This document shows, one piece after another, positions 1 through 9,052 of a stretch of 53,129 nucleotides of DNA. A program made the translations under genes and the position numbers. The stretch is taken from the IMG/VR virus record IMGVR_UViG_3300013829_000009, positions 1-53,129 of that record. One strand, given 5' to 3'. The notes beneath the pieces are model-generated. The model worked only from the letters and a program-made list of their open reading frames with translations, ran no database searches and had not been told where the DNA came from. Each line of letters begins with the position of its first letter. The stretch's first letter is position 1. The DNA is from a virus (lineage: Duplodnaviria; Caudoviricetes).

Positions 1-70
1 CTGACTGCACTCGGAGAAGCTCTTGTGGAAGGATTTTCGGACGTGGGTTCGACACCCACCGCCTCCACCA
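1..70 (+). ncRNA. ssrA: tmRNA, 3' portion (truncated by window start)
   Basis: GGAC-GTGGG-TTCGACA-CCCAC T-arm, then CGCCTCCACCA (Ala-type acceptor with encoded CCA); no anticodon arm upstream of the T-arm. Confidence 0.88.
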
Positions 71-73
71 AAC

Positions 74-120
74 ATTGACCGTAGCATTGATACAATGCTA
101 CGGTCAATCCTTTTATTATT
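74..120 (+). terminator. Intrinsic terminator after tmRNA
   Basis: Perfect 16-bp stem ATTGACCGTAGCATTG (74-89) / CAATGCTACGGTCAAT (93-108), then a T-rich tail. Confidence 0.75.
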
Positions 121-129
121 CATATCGAG

Positions 130-193
130 AAAGCCTGTAATACAAAGGATTTGCCCCATAGGGGTACTCAAAATCCTTTGTATTACAGGCTTT
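130..193. repeat. 23-bp perfect inverted repeat
   Basis: AAAGCCTGTAATACAAAGGATTT (130-152) / AAATCCTTTGTATTACAGGCTTT (171-193). Confidence 0.85.
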
Positions 194-429
194 TTCTGCG
201 TTATGGGGCTTCTCCGGCATTCTCGGCTCAAGGGGCAATTTGAATACCCCTTGATAAAAAATAAAATAGTTCAATGAAAAATAACAGAGTACATGGAAAA
301 ATAAAAGGGTTCTAATTGGTGCTGTATACACAGTATTCCCGCATGCTGAGAGCATTGGTCGCATAAGCCTTGTGCTCGGAAAACCAAAAAAATCCAACAA
401 GTAAGCAAAAGAAATATTTTAATGTCCTC

Positions 430-458
430 TTTACTAAACGCTATATTTATGCTATACT
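430..458 (+). promoter_or_regulatory. SigA-type promoter for the HTH-methylase operon
   Basis: TTTACT-17 nt-TATACT with TG extension; overlapping GCTATA direct repeats. Confidence 0.55.
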
Positions 459-491
459 TACTCTATACTGTTGGACAGAGGAGGTACTGCG

Positions 492-710
492 GTGGACATA
501 AGTTCAGAACTAAAAAAACTGAGAAGAAAAAGTCTATTAAGTCAAACCGATTTTGCCAAAGCAATCGGAGTGTCTTACTCCACGGTGAACCGATGGGAAA
601 ACGGGAAGGCTTTACCAAATTTTCAAACTTTGAAAAGAATCAAGGGCTTTTGTGAAGCAAACGATTATCCCTTTGATATTGACACAAAAATATGGGAGGA
701 AACAGAATGA
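492..710 (+). CDS. XRE-family HTH regulator (RM controller-like)
   Basis: [26 protein letters not shown]; GAGGAGG RBS before GTG 492; ATGA overlap with the methylase. Confidence 0.8.
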   Translation: MDISSELKKLRRKSLLSQTDFAKAIGVSYSTVNRWENGKALPNFQTLKRIKGFCEANDYPFDIDTKIWEETE

Positions 711-1702
711 AAGTAATCAGCCTATTCAGTGGGTGCGGCGGTTTGGACCTTGGATTTGAGAGAGCAGGTTTTGAAATCCCCGTTGCAAATGAATTTGATA
801 AAACCATCTGGGAAACATTTGAAGCTAATCACCCTAACACCAAACTCATCCGTGGTGATATTCGCAACATACAGGAAGATGACTTTCCAGATGAAATAGA
901 TGGAATAATTGGTGGACCTCCCTGCCAGTCTTGGTCCGAAGCGGGTGCACTTCGAGGCATTGACGATGACCGCGGAAAGCTGTTTTTCGAATATATAAGA
1001 ATTCTCAAAAAGAAACAACCAAAGTTTTTCCTTGCAGAAAATGTTAGTGGCATGTTGTCTAATCGCCACTCAGATGCTGTAAAAAGCATTATTGCCATGT
1101 TTGAGGACTGCGGTTATGACGTAAGCATTACCATGGTAAATGCTAAAGACTATGGAGTCGCTCAAGAACGCAAGAGAGTGTTCTATATCGGGTTTAGAAA
1201 AGACCTTGGGATTAAGTTTGTTTTTCCGAAAGGCTCTACCGAAGATGACACCAAAAAAATCACTTTGCGAGATATCATCTGGGATTTGCAGGACACAGCA
1301 GTGCCAGCAGGAGACAAAAACCACCACAACCCATTGGCGGTAAATAACAATGAATATTTTACTGGCGCATATTCTACGATTTTTATGAGCAGAAATCGCG
1401 TCAAAGACTGGAATGAGCAAGCCTTTACGGTTCAAGCCTCCGGTCGCCAGTGCCAACTGCATCCACAGGCACCCAAAATGGACAAAGTAGGAAAGAACGA
1501 CTGTCGGTTTGTAGAAGGACAAGAAGCGTTATATCGTAGAATGACAGTTCGCGAAGTGGCAAGAGTTCAAGGCTTTCCAGACAATTTTGTTTTTATTTAT
1601 GACACAATCGACACAGGATATAAAATGATTGGTAATGCTGTGCCTGTTAACCTTGCATATGAGATAGCAACTGCTATCAAAAGAGCGTTAGAATCGAAAT
1701 AA
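707..1702 (+). CDS. C5-cytosine DNA methyltransferase, M.HaeIII-like (likely GGCC)
   Basis: Motifs [30 protein letters not shown]; [15 protein letters not shown]...[18 protein letters not shown] matches M.HaeIII as recalled. Confidence 0.92.
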   Translation: MKVISLFSGCGGLDLGFERAGFEIPVANEFDKTIWETFEANHPNTKLIRGDIRNIQEDDFPDEIDGIIGGPPCQSWSEAGALRGIDDDRGKLFFEYIRILKKKQPKFFLAENVSGMLSNRHSDAVKSIIAMFEDCGYDVSITMVNAKDYGVAQERKRVFYIGFRKDLGIKFVFPKGSTEDDTKKITLRDIIWDLQDTAVPAGDKNHHNPLAVNNNEYFTGAYSTIFMSRNRVKDWNEQAFTVQASGRQCQLHPQAPKMDKVGKNDCRFVEGQEALYRRMTVREVARVQGFPDNFVFIYDTIDTGYKMIGNAVPVNLAYEIATAIKRALESK

Positions 1703-1716
1703 GGACGAGCGCGATT

Positions 1717-1750
1717 AAAGGCGGAGAGGTTTTTAACCTCTCCGCCTTTT
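1717..1750. terminator. Bidirectional intrinsic terminator
   Basis: Perfect 15-bp stem AAAGGCGGAGAGGTT / AACCTCTCCGCCTTT between convergent genes. Confidence 0.85.
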
Positions 1751-1752
1751 CC

Positions 1753-2649
1753 TTAATCCAAAATAATATCCGGGTTTGTAACATTGCCACGATTTATGTC
1801 ATCTGTAGTTTTTATTCCAAGCGTTCTCATGGCGGCACTTAGACGGGCAAATACAGCATCTCCGCCCTGGAGCAAAGGAGTATTGTATCTCAATCTATAA
1901 TCAAGCATTCCGTCATGAGCGAACCAATCGACATATACAGCAAGTGGTCTATTCCCATCATATTTCTGTGCAATCGTGCGAAAGTTCAATGCCTTACACG
2001 CAAAATAAACCTGTGGATTGCAGTCAACATACGATTCAACTGATATGAGAGCATCGATGGCTTCTTGAGCTGTGTGAACAGGTCGATCTTCAAACAGAAT
2101 AAAATTGGATACCCCACTGTTTTCTATTACTTCACCATCCACGGTTGCATCGCGCTTATCCCCGACAAGATTTGTACCCGAATAGACATCGAGTACTTGC
2201 TCTCGCGATAAAAGCATATTCCCACTTAATTGACCACTCTCCACATTGAGCAACTCGAATTTCCAGCCGAGCGTAATTGCTCCCACTTCAGTACGACCAT
2301 ATCGAGACTTATAGATTAGTTTACGTGAAGCAAATTCTGTGCTCAGATTATTTGTGGCGGTCGAAATTATCCTTTGCCAATCCACACCAAAAAGTTGCTC
2401 GGCTCTTTCCGCATTGGTTTTATTCTCAAGAAAATCGGCATTGCTCTGTTTAAATGAGATTTTAAATTCCTTGACCCTGCGCTGTGAGTTCCGCGCCCCA
2501 ATAAATATATCTGTTTTCGGCTCACCTCTACTGCAAACGGGTTTACCAACCTTGATAACGGTATATTGTTCGCCACCGTAGTTAAAGAGAGTTCCAACCC
2601 GAAACAAATAAAGTACGTTGTGTTCGGATTCACCAAATAATTTTGCCAT
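1753..2649 (-). CDS. Putative type II restriction endonuclease (PD-(D/E)xK fold)
   Basis: GEPKTDIFI...FKISFK resembles the KTD...ISxK site of MspI/HinP1I-like enzymes; convergent with the C5 methylase. Confidence 0.6.
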   Translation of the reverse strand: MAKLFGESEHNVLYLFRVGTLFNYGGEQYTVIKVGKPVCSRGEPKTDIFIGARNSQRRVKEFKISFKQSNADFLENKTNAERAEQLFGVDWQRIISTATNNLSTEFASRKLIYKSRYGRTEVGAITLGWKFELLNVESGQLSGNMLLSREQVLDVYSGTNLVGDKRDATVDGEVIENSGVSNFILFEDRPVHTAQEAIDALISVESYVDCNPQVYFACKALNFRTIAQKYDGNRPLAVYVDWFAHDGMLDYRLRYNTPLLQGGDAVFARLSAAMRTLGIKTTDDINRGNVTNPDIILD

Positions 2650-2673
2650 ATTTACCCCCAATTTCTCACTATG

Positions 2674-3705
2674 TTATTTGTTTTCATGACTTTCTATCCA
2701 TTTGAGTAAGTAAGGTCTGTCATTGTTTGCGGCGGTTTCAAACCATTCACAACAGATGCGATATTGGTTACCACGAATGATTACTGGGTCTTTGTAATAA
2801 TGTAGTTCCGTATCGCGTTCATTTGTCCGAAGCAGTAACGGATACTGGAGGTTAAAGAACTGCTTGCTGTAATCGGTTTTTTGCATAAAGCCAACCTCGT
2901 CCTCTGAAGCGGCTCCGTCCTCAAGCATACGACGCAGAATGGTTCTCGCCAACTGCCCGATTTTCAGTTCCTTGTACGCACCTTCTTCTGCAATTGGTGC
3001 TCCATTTCCGACCGTTAATTTTCTCGGTGGACGCGCCTGCACTGTTTTGACAAATTCCGCAGGCGTATCCGAGAACATAGTAAACATCTGGTAGCTCCGA
3101 AGAAAAAGCTCGGTCGTGTCAGCAACGCCATCGCTCATGAGCAAGATAGGCTGAAGTACCGATTCATTGAATTCATCATTAGCAATTACCCGCAGCGTGA
3201 AATCGAACCCTCGCCCTGCGAGAAGCGTATTTGCATCTTCCATACATGGAGCAAGGTCATTAACAATGGCAGGGTTTATCTTCGGAGAAGCAAAGATGAT
3301 TTCTGCATCCTTCGAGTCCATGAAACCATAAAGGCACATCGTCGTTCGCAGGCTTTTGGAGATGACTTTCATTACGGTTTCGTCCCGAGAACCGTAGTTT
3401 AGCCCACTTTCGTGAAATGCAACATCGACGGCATAAAGATGGTTTCCGTCCTCTTGGATACTAATTCCGACAGCGTCGCATTCGCCCTGCTGGATGAGCT
3501 GCGATAGCGAACTGTTCTTTTTGAAAACCTTATATCCATATTTCGAATCAAAGAGCGTATCGGCTGCAACCATCAACGCTTCGAGCTCGTCCATGTGCTG
3601 AAGGGACCACTGCGGAGAAACTTTCCAGTTTGTTTGGACAACCTGACATTCTTTGACGTGTCGAAGCCACGAATAGAAAAGCGATTCACCCATTTCTATT
3701 TTCAT
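2674..3705 (-). CDS. Hypothetical protein, possible divergent restriction-endonuclease-like nuclease
   Basis: 343 aa; N-terminal E...ECD...AVDVAFH pattern; ATGA-coupled to the RloC-like gene. Confidence 0.55.
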   Translation of the reverse strand: MKIEMGESLFYSWLRHVKECQVVQTNWKVSPQWSLQHMDELEALMVAADTLFDSKYGYKVFKKNSSLSQLIQQGECDAVGISIQEDGNHLYAVDVAFHESGLNYGSRDETVMKVISKSLRTTMCLYGFMDSKDAEIIFASPKINPAIVNDLAPCMEDANTLLAGRGFDFTLRVIANDEFNESVLQPILLMSDGVADTTELFLRSYQMFTMFSDTPAEFVKTVQARPPRKLTVGNGAPIAEEGAYKELKIGQLARTILRRMLEDGAASEDEVGFMQKTDYSKQFFNLQYPLLLRTNERDTELHYYKDPVIIRGNQYRICCEWFETAANNDRPYLLKWIESHENK

Positions 3706-6002
3706 ACCGTTTTCTCCTCCATCATCATGTCGTAGTGTTGAATCTGGTCTAGGCAGTCAAAAATCATCTTGAATACCTCGCGGCACTGCGTGACATCGGT
3801 ACTCTCGTCAACAAAATCCATGCCATCGTTAAAGCCATGCTCCTGTTTGCCGATGTACGACAGCATCGACTGTGCCAGATGGAACTTGGTATCATCATCA
3901 GGGGTGTCATCACCGGATTTCACGATGAAGCAGTCTTTATGGTTTTCGAGAACCTCTTTACGAAGGTTTATTCCATCGTAACCGCAAAGCTGCAGGAAAT
4001 AATACTCAAGGATTCTGCGTATTACGCTCATCGTGGTAATAGAGCCGGACAGTTCTTTGAACTCGCTCCACAGAGCCTTATATGAGTTTTGAACCGGGTT
4101 GTAGTTCTCCATCGTGGGAGGCACCGTATTTCGGTTCTCCCTTACACAAGGTCTGACAGCAGATATGTTGTTCCGTTTCTGAATCAGATAATAGGAAACG
4201 AAATCGTATCTGCCGACCTGATTGTATGTAATCTCCCTATGGAAATAGGTGTTGTGGGTAAGAATGAATATCTGTGCGACCTCATCGCCTTTGAATGTGT
4301 GCGATTCCAAATTGACATTATTGTAGCAGATATCAATCAGTTCCCGAACCAGTGAACTGACGAGGAAAAGAACGCCGCTGTCCAAGCTGGACACTGGGTC
4401 GTCGATGACAACTATTTTCCGCTTCTTTTTCCCGGTTTCCTCATAACTGCCTCTGACCACATGATAGAAATAGAGGAAAGCGATAAAGTTGCGTTCGCCC
4501 TCGCTCAGATTCTTTGCGGGTTTATCACTGCCTTCGCGCCTTACCTCATAAACGTGTTCCTCGTTGGCTTTGGGATAAAGCATGAAGCCCTGCAGTCCGG
4601 CATCCCGCAAGGTTTTATTGACGGCATTTATCGTGGCAATCGTTCCTACACCATCTTTGTTAAGTTCGGTGAGCTCGCGGTCAAGTTCAACTGAGCGGTT
4701 ATGGTTTTTCGTGTAAGTGTCCAAAAAATCGTGGTATTCCTTGTCAATGGAACGGAAGCTGTCATTATACGCCTTTATGTCAGCAGCAAGGGTGAATGCG
4801 ATTAGTTCCTTCGTCTTCTTCTTGCACTCGGTCTGCTTGTCACCCCTTGAGGTAATAATTGCGTTATTCTCATCTATCTGGGTGTTAAAGGCATCAATAA
4901 TAGCGTTAATTTCATCACGAACCGTTTTCACATCATCCAGCACGGCGATGGAGGACGGTTCTTTTATTTTGTCCGCAATTTTCCGTATGTTGTTCTCAAC
5001 CGTTCTCTTGAATAGTTCCAGTTTTGTTTTGTACTCGGCAGTATCGATCTTCGGCAGAATATCGACCTGTAGGTTTGCTTCAAGGACGGTAATAAACCCA
5101 TTCATATCCGCAGTGTATGCTTCAAGAAGTCTTTGCAGATTGGCGACATCCTGCTGATATTGGGCATCAAAGCACGAAGCAATATCCGATTCAAAATCAG
5201 GAGGCAGCTCTTGTTGACAGTACGGACATTTACCTTTCGCTCCGGCGGTGTAGTGTTTGTGACCTTGATTAACCCAGTCAGCGGCATTGAGCGCGCTGAC
5301 AAATCTTGCAAACTCGGTATCACTGCTGCTTGTAATAGAAACGCCGAGCAGTTTGCACGTTTCTCCCATGCCAGCCAGCTGTGTAAACGCTCCCGTCTTG
5401 TTGATGCGAGGATAGCGTCTGCCGTTTGAACTGAAGGCTGTTTCGCACATAGTCTTTAGTTCATGCAAATCATGCTCAACGGGAGTCGCGCCTTTTAGAA
5501 CTTCCGTGGTGAATATATCCTTTGAGCGTTTATATCCTGCCATTGCATCGCTGAAAGCGGTGCGAAGTGCGGAACTGTGGCTCCAGCAAACGGTGCGAAA
5601 GTTCTCAAGCAGAGTATCAAGCTCGGATTTCTTTGCAGTTGCTGATGCTTGCGCTGAAGATGCCGCCGAATCGCAGTCCCGTTTTTCCGCTGTTCTTACA
5701 GCGATTTTCTCCTGTGTGTCGGCGTTTAACTCGCCAACGGTAAACACACCGCGCAGCTTTTCAAAACTGCGGAAATTCGCCTCGACATAATCGCGGTCAA
5801 AAACCAGCGTTTCATAATCGTCTGCGGGAACATCGGGATGCCAAGTCAGCCCTACTTTGTCGTGTATTGCTCTTGCGACAGTTGATTTGCCCGTGCCGTT
5901 ATTTCCGAAAAAGAAATTGATAAGGGTAGGCTCGATAAAAACACCGCTCAAGGTGGCATAGTTAATTTCAATTCGTTCTATTCCGTGCTTGATTTTTTCC
6001 AT
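3702..6002 (-). CDS. rloC: RloC-like ABC ATPase (AAA_13, zinc hook) with C-terminal HEPN anticodon-nuclease domain
   Basis: Walker A GNNGTGKST, coiled coil with CPYC zinc hook, LSEGE signature, Walker B VIDDPVSSLD, LTHN H-loop, RRILEYYF plus distal His. Confidence 0.8.
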   Translation of the reverse strand: MEKIKHGIERIEINYATLSGVFIEPTLINFFFGNNGTGKSTVARAIHDKVGLTWHPDVPADDYETLVFDRDYVEANFRSFEKLRGVFTVGELNADTQEKIAVRTAEKRDCDSAASSAQASATAKKSELDTLLENFRTVCWSHSSALRTAFSDAMAGYKRSKDIFTTEVLKGATPVEHDLHELKTMCETAFSSNGRRYPRINKTGAFTQLAGMGETCKLLGVSITSSSDTEFARFVSALNAADWVNQGHKHYTAGAKGKCPYCQQELPPDFESDIASCFDAQYQQDVANLQRLLEAYTADMNGFITVLEANLQVDILPKIDTAEYKTKLELFKRTVENNIRKIADKIKEPSSIAVLDDVKTVRDEINAIIDAFNTQIDENNAIITSRGDKQTECKKKTKELIAFTLAADIKAYNDSFRSIDKEYHDFLDTYTKNHNRSVELDRELTELNKDGVGTIATINAVNKTLRDAGLQGFMLYPKANEEHVYEVRREGSDKPAKNLSEGERNFIAFLYFYHVVRGSYEETGKKKRKIVVIDDPVSSLDSGVLFLVSSLVRELIDICYNNVNLESHTFKGDEVAQIFILTHNTYFHREITYNQVGRYDFVSYYLIQKRNNISAVRPCVRENRNTVPPTMENYNPVQNSYKALWSEFKELSGSITTMSVIRRILEYYFLQLCGYDGINLRKEVLENHKDCFIVKSGDDTPDDDTKFHLAQSMLSYIGKQEHGFNDGMDFVDESTDVTQCREVFKMIFDCLDQIQHYDMMMEEKTV

Positions 6003-6038
6003 AGTGCCACCTCCTGTGTCGGTACTATTTTGTGTTTT

Positions 6039-6239
6039 TTAGTCTTTAATTTTTCCTTTGCGGACCCATTCGTCCACCTCGGATATTTTGAATTTGTATC
6101 GTTTTCCGGCTCGGTACACCGGGAGTTTGCCTTCGCGAACCCATGTGCGGACTGTATCCTGACTTAAGCTGAGATGCTCGGCAATGTCCTCAAGGTTAAC
6201 CCATTTCTCCGGCATTTCGTTAATCGTTTCTTTCTCCAT
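6039..6239 (-). CDS. Excisionase-like (HTH_17/MerR-type) DNA-binding protein
   Basis: WVNLEDIAEHLSLSQDTVRTWVREGKLP...GKRYKFK...VDEW. Confidence 0.85.
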   Translation of the reverse strand: MEKETINEMPEKWVNLEDIAEHLSLSQDTVRTWVREGKLPVYRAGKRYKFKISEVDEWVRKGKIKD

Positions 6240-6256
6240 GTTTCGCCTCCGTGTAA

Positions 6257-6913
6257 TTAGAATAAGTCGATGTGTGCATCCGATAGCTCCTCAAAAAGAT
6301 TTACTCTTTTTATAGCCCAGTGTGTGCGGTTGAGTTCATTGAAGCAGCTTGCTCCTATTAGGCAAAGCTCTTCCAGAAGCCCATTTAACTTCTGCTGGGG
6401 TATTTCTTTTATAAAACGATATCTGATTTTAATATCCTTCCCGTGAGGGCTGATGCCGATTACGCGACCCCAGTATGCCATTTGACCCTCGTCCGCTTGT
6501 CCGTAGTCACGGTTTTCTCCCATAAACAGCGCAGGATACGATTTTATGGTTTCTCTGTCAGCTTCGGTCATATAGATGAAAGCGTCTCGAATTTCTTTGT
6601 CTGTATATCCTCTTTCGAGAACACGGTCACCACGGACAAGAAAGCTGCCTTCGACGCCTTCAAAAGGTTCAGCGGTGCCGAGAACAAACAGGCTGTAATA
6701 TTCACTGGAAAGCTTGGTACTTGTTCTCTGAATTGTTCCGTCGGGTTTGATTGTTGATGAATCAAAAACCCTGACATGGATTTCATTGTTTACGGTTTCC
6801 GCATGACCTATTTGCGTACCGTTATTTCCCGTCTGGGTGAATGACATCGGGACGGCAGGTTTACTGCCTGTTACGATATCTGAGGATTGAACGGGCTTTA
6901 TTTCATTACTCAT
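6257..6913 (-). CDS. Hypothetical protein with N-terminal RHIM/BASS-like motif and a globular C-terminal domain
   Basis: 218 aa; FTQTGNNGTQIG near the N-terminus; RBS present; 14 bp after the upstream gene. Confidence 0.8.
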   Translation of the reverse strand: MSNEIKPVQSSDIVTGSKPAVPMSFTQTGNNGTQIGHAETVNNEIHVRVFDSSTIKPDGTIQRTSTKLSSEYYSLFVLGTAEPFEGVEGSFLVRGDRVLERGYTDKEIRDAFIYMTEADRETIKSYPALFMGENRDYGQADEGQMAYWGRVIGISPHGKDIKIRYRFIKEIPQQKLNGLLEELCLIGASCFNELNRTHWAIKRVNLFEELSDAHIDLF

Positions 6914-6927
6914 ATTATCTGCCCTCC

Positions 6928-7776
6928 TCAGTCGCCGTGTTTTATGGTCAAGGTTCCGACACTTCCGATTTGGGTACTGTTGTTACCGTTCTGGATAAAA
7001 ACCATCTGATTATTACCCATTTGCTTTGCACCCTGCTTTTGGCTGTCGGACTGTTCTTCGGTAGCATCCTCAATGACCGTTTCCGCATATTCGGATGTGG
7101 TCTCCTCAGAATCCGCCGATGTGGTTGCCTGTACGGAACAGTTCTTCACCGTCAGCTTTTGCGTGAATCCGGCAGTTGGCTGCCAATTTTCAATGGTACT
7201 GCGCCCGATAGTATTGTCGGGACGGTTTTGCAAAATATAGTGCCAAATGCCTACCAGAAAAGCCTGTAGGCAAAAAGCCGTTGATGCCGTCAGTGTTTCC
7301 TTTGAAACGGCGGTGCCGTCTTCAAGAGCAAAAAACTCCGTATCAGCTTCAACGGATGCGTCTTTTGAAATAATCTCGATGAGTGCCTCAACAAGGTACT
7401 CATCTTTTTTTGTGTCCGTTTCCGTATCGAGATAAGTATCCGTGAATGAAAACATGCGGGAAAGCACTGCCCGATAGTCCGTTCTTACACACTCATCAAA
7501 AGCACGGGCTTCTGCGGTCCCATTGAGAGGAAGATGTGCGCCGGCACTCTTTCGGCAGTTCTTATATGAAGATGTATTTTCTTTGAAGGTCTTTCCTGCG
7601 GGAACAGTGTAGTTCGGATAGATAACCCTTATTAGGTCTGCGAATGCTTCCGGGTCGGAAAGCCCATCACTTTCGCTCATATAATGCTCCCGAACTCCGG
7701 CTCTCTGTTTGCGGGCATCAAGCAAATATGTAAAAAACACGCCTCCGCACAGGCGCGGGTAGTCGTTGATTGACAT
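6928..7776 (-). CDS. Hypothetical protein with acidic linker and C-terminal RHIM/BASS-like motif
   Basis: GGAGG RBS before ATG 7776; ends FIQNGNNSTQIGSVGTLTIKHGD. Confidence 0.8.
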   Translation of the reverse strand: MSINDYPRLCGGVFFTYLLDARKQRAGVREHYMSESDGLSDPEAFADLIRVIYPNYTVPAGKTFKENTSSYKNCRKSAGAHLPLNGTAEARAFDECVRTDYRAVLSRMFSFTDTYLDTETDTKKDEYLVEALIEIISKDASVEADTEFFALEDGTAVSKETLTASTAFCLQAFLVGIWHYILQNRPDNTIGRSTIENWQPTAGFTQKLTVKNCSVQATTSADSEETTSEYAETVIEDATEEQSDSQKQGAKQMGNNQMVFIQNGNNSTQIGSVGTLTIKHGD

Positions 7777-8058
7777 ATGTTTCCTCCATAGACAAAGTAA
7801 TATCGCTACTAACGCTAATATCTTTGCTAACCATAGCGCTCTAACTCTATTAACTATTGGATTGCTCTTGTGAGGTTCACAGGAGCAATTTTCCCTTTGG
7901 TAAATGGTTTGCCGCAAAGAAGTAATCCACAACAAATCATACTAAACCAGTATATCACACTTTTATGTAAAACACAATGGGACGAGCATAACTTGTGTAA
8001 AAGTTCATGAAAATTTTCTCCTGTGATTCTCACAAATCAAATCTAAGGAGAAAAAATC

Positions 8059-8631
8059 ATGAAAAACTATCAGAAACTTCACTACGAACACTATTACCGC
8101 ATGGTTTCCAGTGGCGAGACGGTCGAATGCACCCGGCAGGAGTGCTTCGCCCCGGCAGAAACGCCCACGGCGGACAACCCCTTCGTTCAACGCTGGTACT
8201 ACAGCCCCGACCGAGAGATGGCGATACGCCTCCCCAGAAACACGATGGGTGACGATACCCACAAGGCAAACGCCGCCGACCTTAAGAGCCAGGAACGCTG
8301 GACAGCGAGAGCCGTCAAGCACGGCGACCTCGAAATCGATAAGCCAATGTCCCGCACCGATGATGGCGAGGAGAGCGGTTTCGACATCCCTGACGACGAG
8401 GACGGCCCCGTTGAGTTCCTTATAAAAAAGGAAACCGTCACATCCATTCGCATCGCTGTTGACGCCCTTACCCATGAAGAGCGGTATCTGTGGGACGAGC
8501 TTCTGAGCGACAAGACAAAGGCAAAAATCGCGGAGGAATGCGGTCTGAGCGAGGGCGCTATCCGCAAGCGTGTAAAGAAACTCGTACAGACTCTCCGTGA
8601 AAATCCCGCTCTCAAAAACTATTTCGAATAA
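8059..8631 (+). CDS. Sigma-70 region 4-like HTH protein (phage sigma factor/regulator)
   Basis: IRIAVDALTHEERYLW...KTKAKIAEECGLSEGAIRKRVKK; AAGGAG RBS. Confidence 0.75.
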   Translation: MKNYQKLHYEHYYRMVSSGETVECTRQECFAPAETPTADNPFVQRWYYSPDREMAIRLPRNTMGDDTHKANAADLKSQERWTARAVKHGDLEIDKPMSRTDDGEESGFDIPDDEDGPVEFLIKKETVTSIRIAVDALTHEERYLWDELLSDKTKAKIAEECGLSEGAIRKRVKKLVQTLRENPALKNYFE

Positions 8632-8643
8632 TTTCTGCGTTTC

Positions 8644-8701
8644 GGTACGGTTTCCCTCTCTGCCTGTCCTGTACGAGGTGGAGAGGGACAAAACCTCTCA
8701 C
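8644..8701 (+). promoter_or_regulatory. Bipartite repeated element, copy 1 (GGTACGGTTT-N11-TGTCCTGTACGAGGTG plus hairpin)
   Basis: Identical blocks and spacing at 13581 and 45382; lies upstream of an RBS. Confidence 0.8.
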
Positions 8702-8725
8702 AAATAAGAAACGGAGGTAAACCGA

Positions 8726-9052
8726 ATGACAATCACCGAAATCGGGAACGAACTGGTCAACATCGCGGAAACCCTGGCGCGTGTAATCTCGGAACTCACC
8801 TCGCTGGCTGGCAGCGTGACGAAGCTGAGTTCGGCGCTTAAGGCTTACGAGGTTGGCAGTCCCGCTCCCAAAGCACCTCAGAAGAAGACCCCGGAGCTTG
8901 CCGAAGTCCGAGCTCTGCTGGCGGAAGTATCCCGCGGCGGAAAAACGGCGGAGGTAAAGAAGCTGCTTGAAAGCCACGGCTGTGAAAAGCTGTCCGAGGT
9001 CGAAAGTGAGTTCTATGAGGAACTCATGGAGGAAGCGAGGGCGCTGTTATGA
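8726..9052 (+). CDS. Conserved phage hypothetical protein
   Basis: GGAGG RBS; LAEVRALLAEVSRGGKTAEVKKLL...KLSEV domain typical upstream of DUF2800. Confidence 0.75.
   Translation: MTITEIGNELVNIAETLARVISELTSLAGSVTKLSSALKAYEVGSPAPKAPQKKTPELAEVRALLAEVSRGGKTAEVKKLLESHGCEKLSEVESEFYEELMEEARALL

Noticed and set aside
1-70. tRNA-Ala gene
   Set aside because: No anticodon or D arm precedes the T-arm; the GGAC context fits tmRNA
23-420. ORFs 23-277 and 116-400
   Set aside because: They overlap tmRNA or the hairpins and have no RBS or protein-like features
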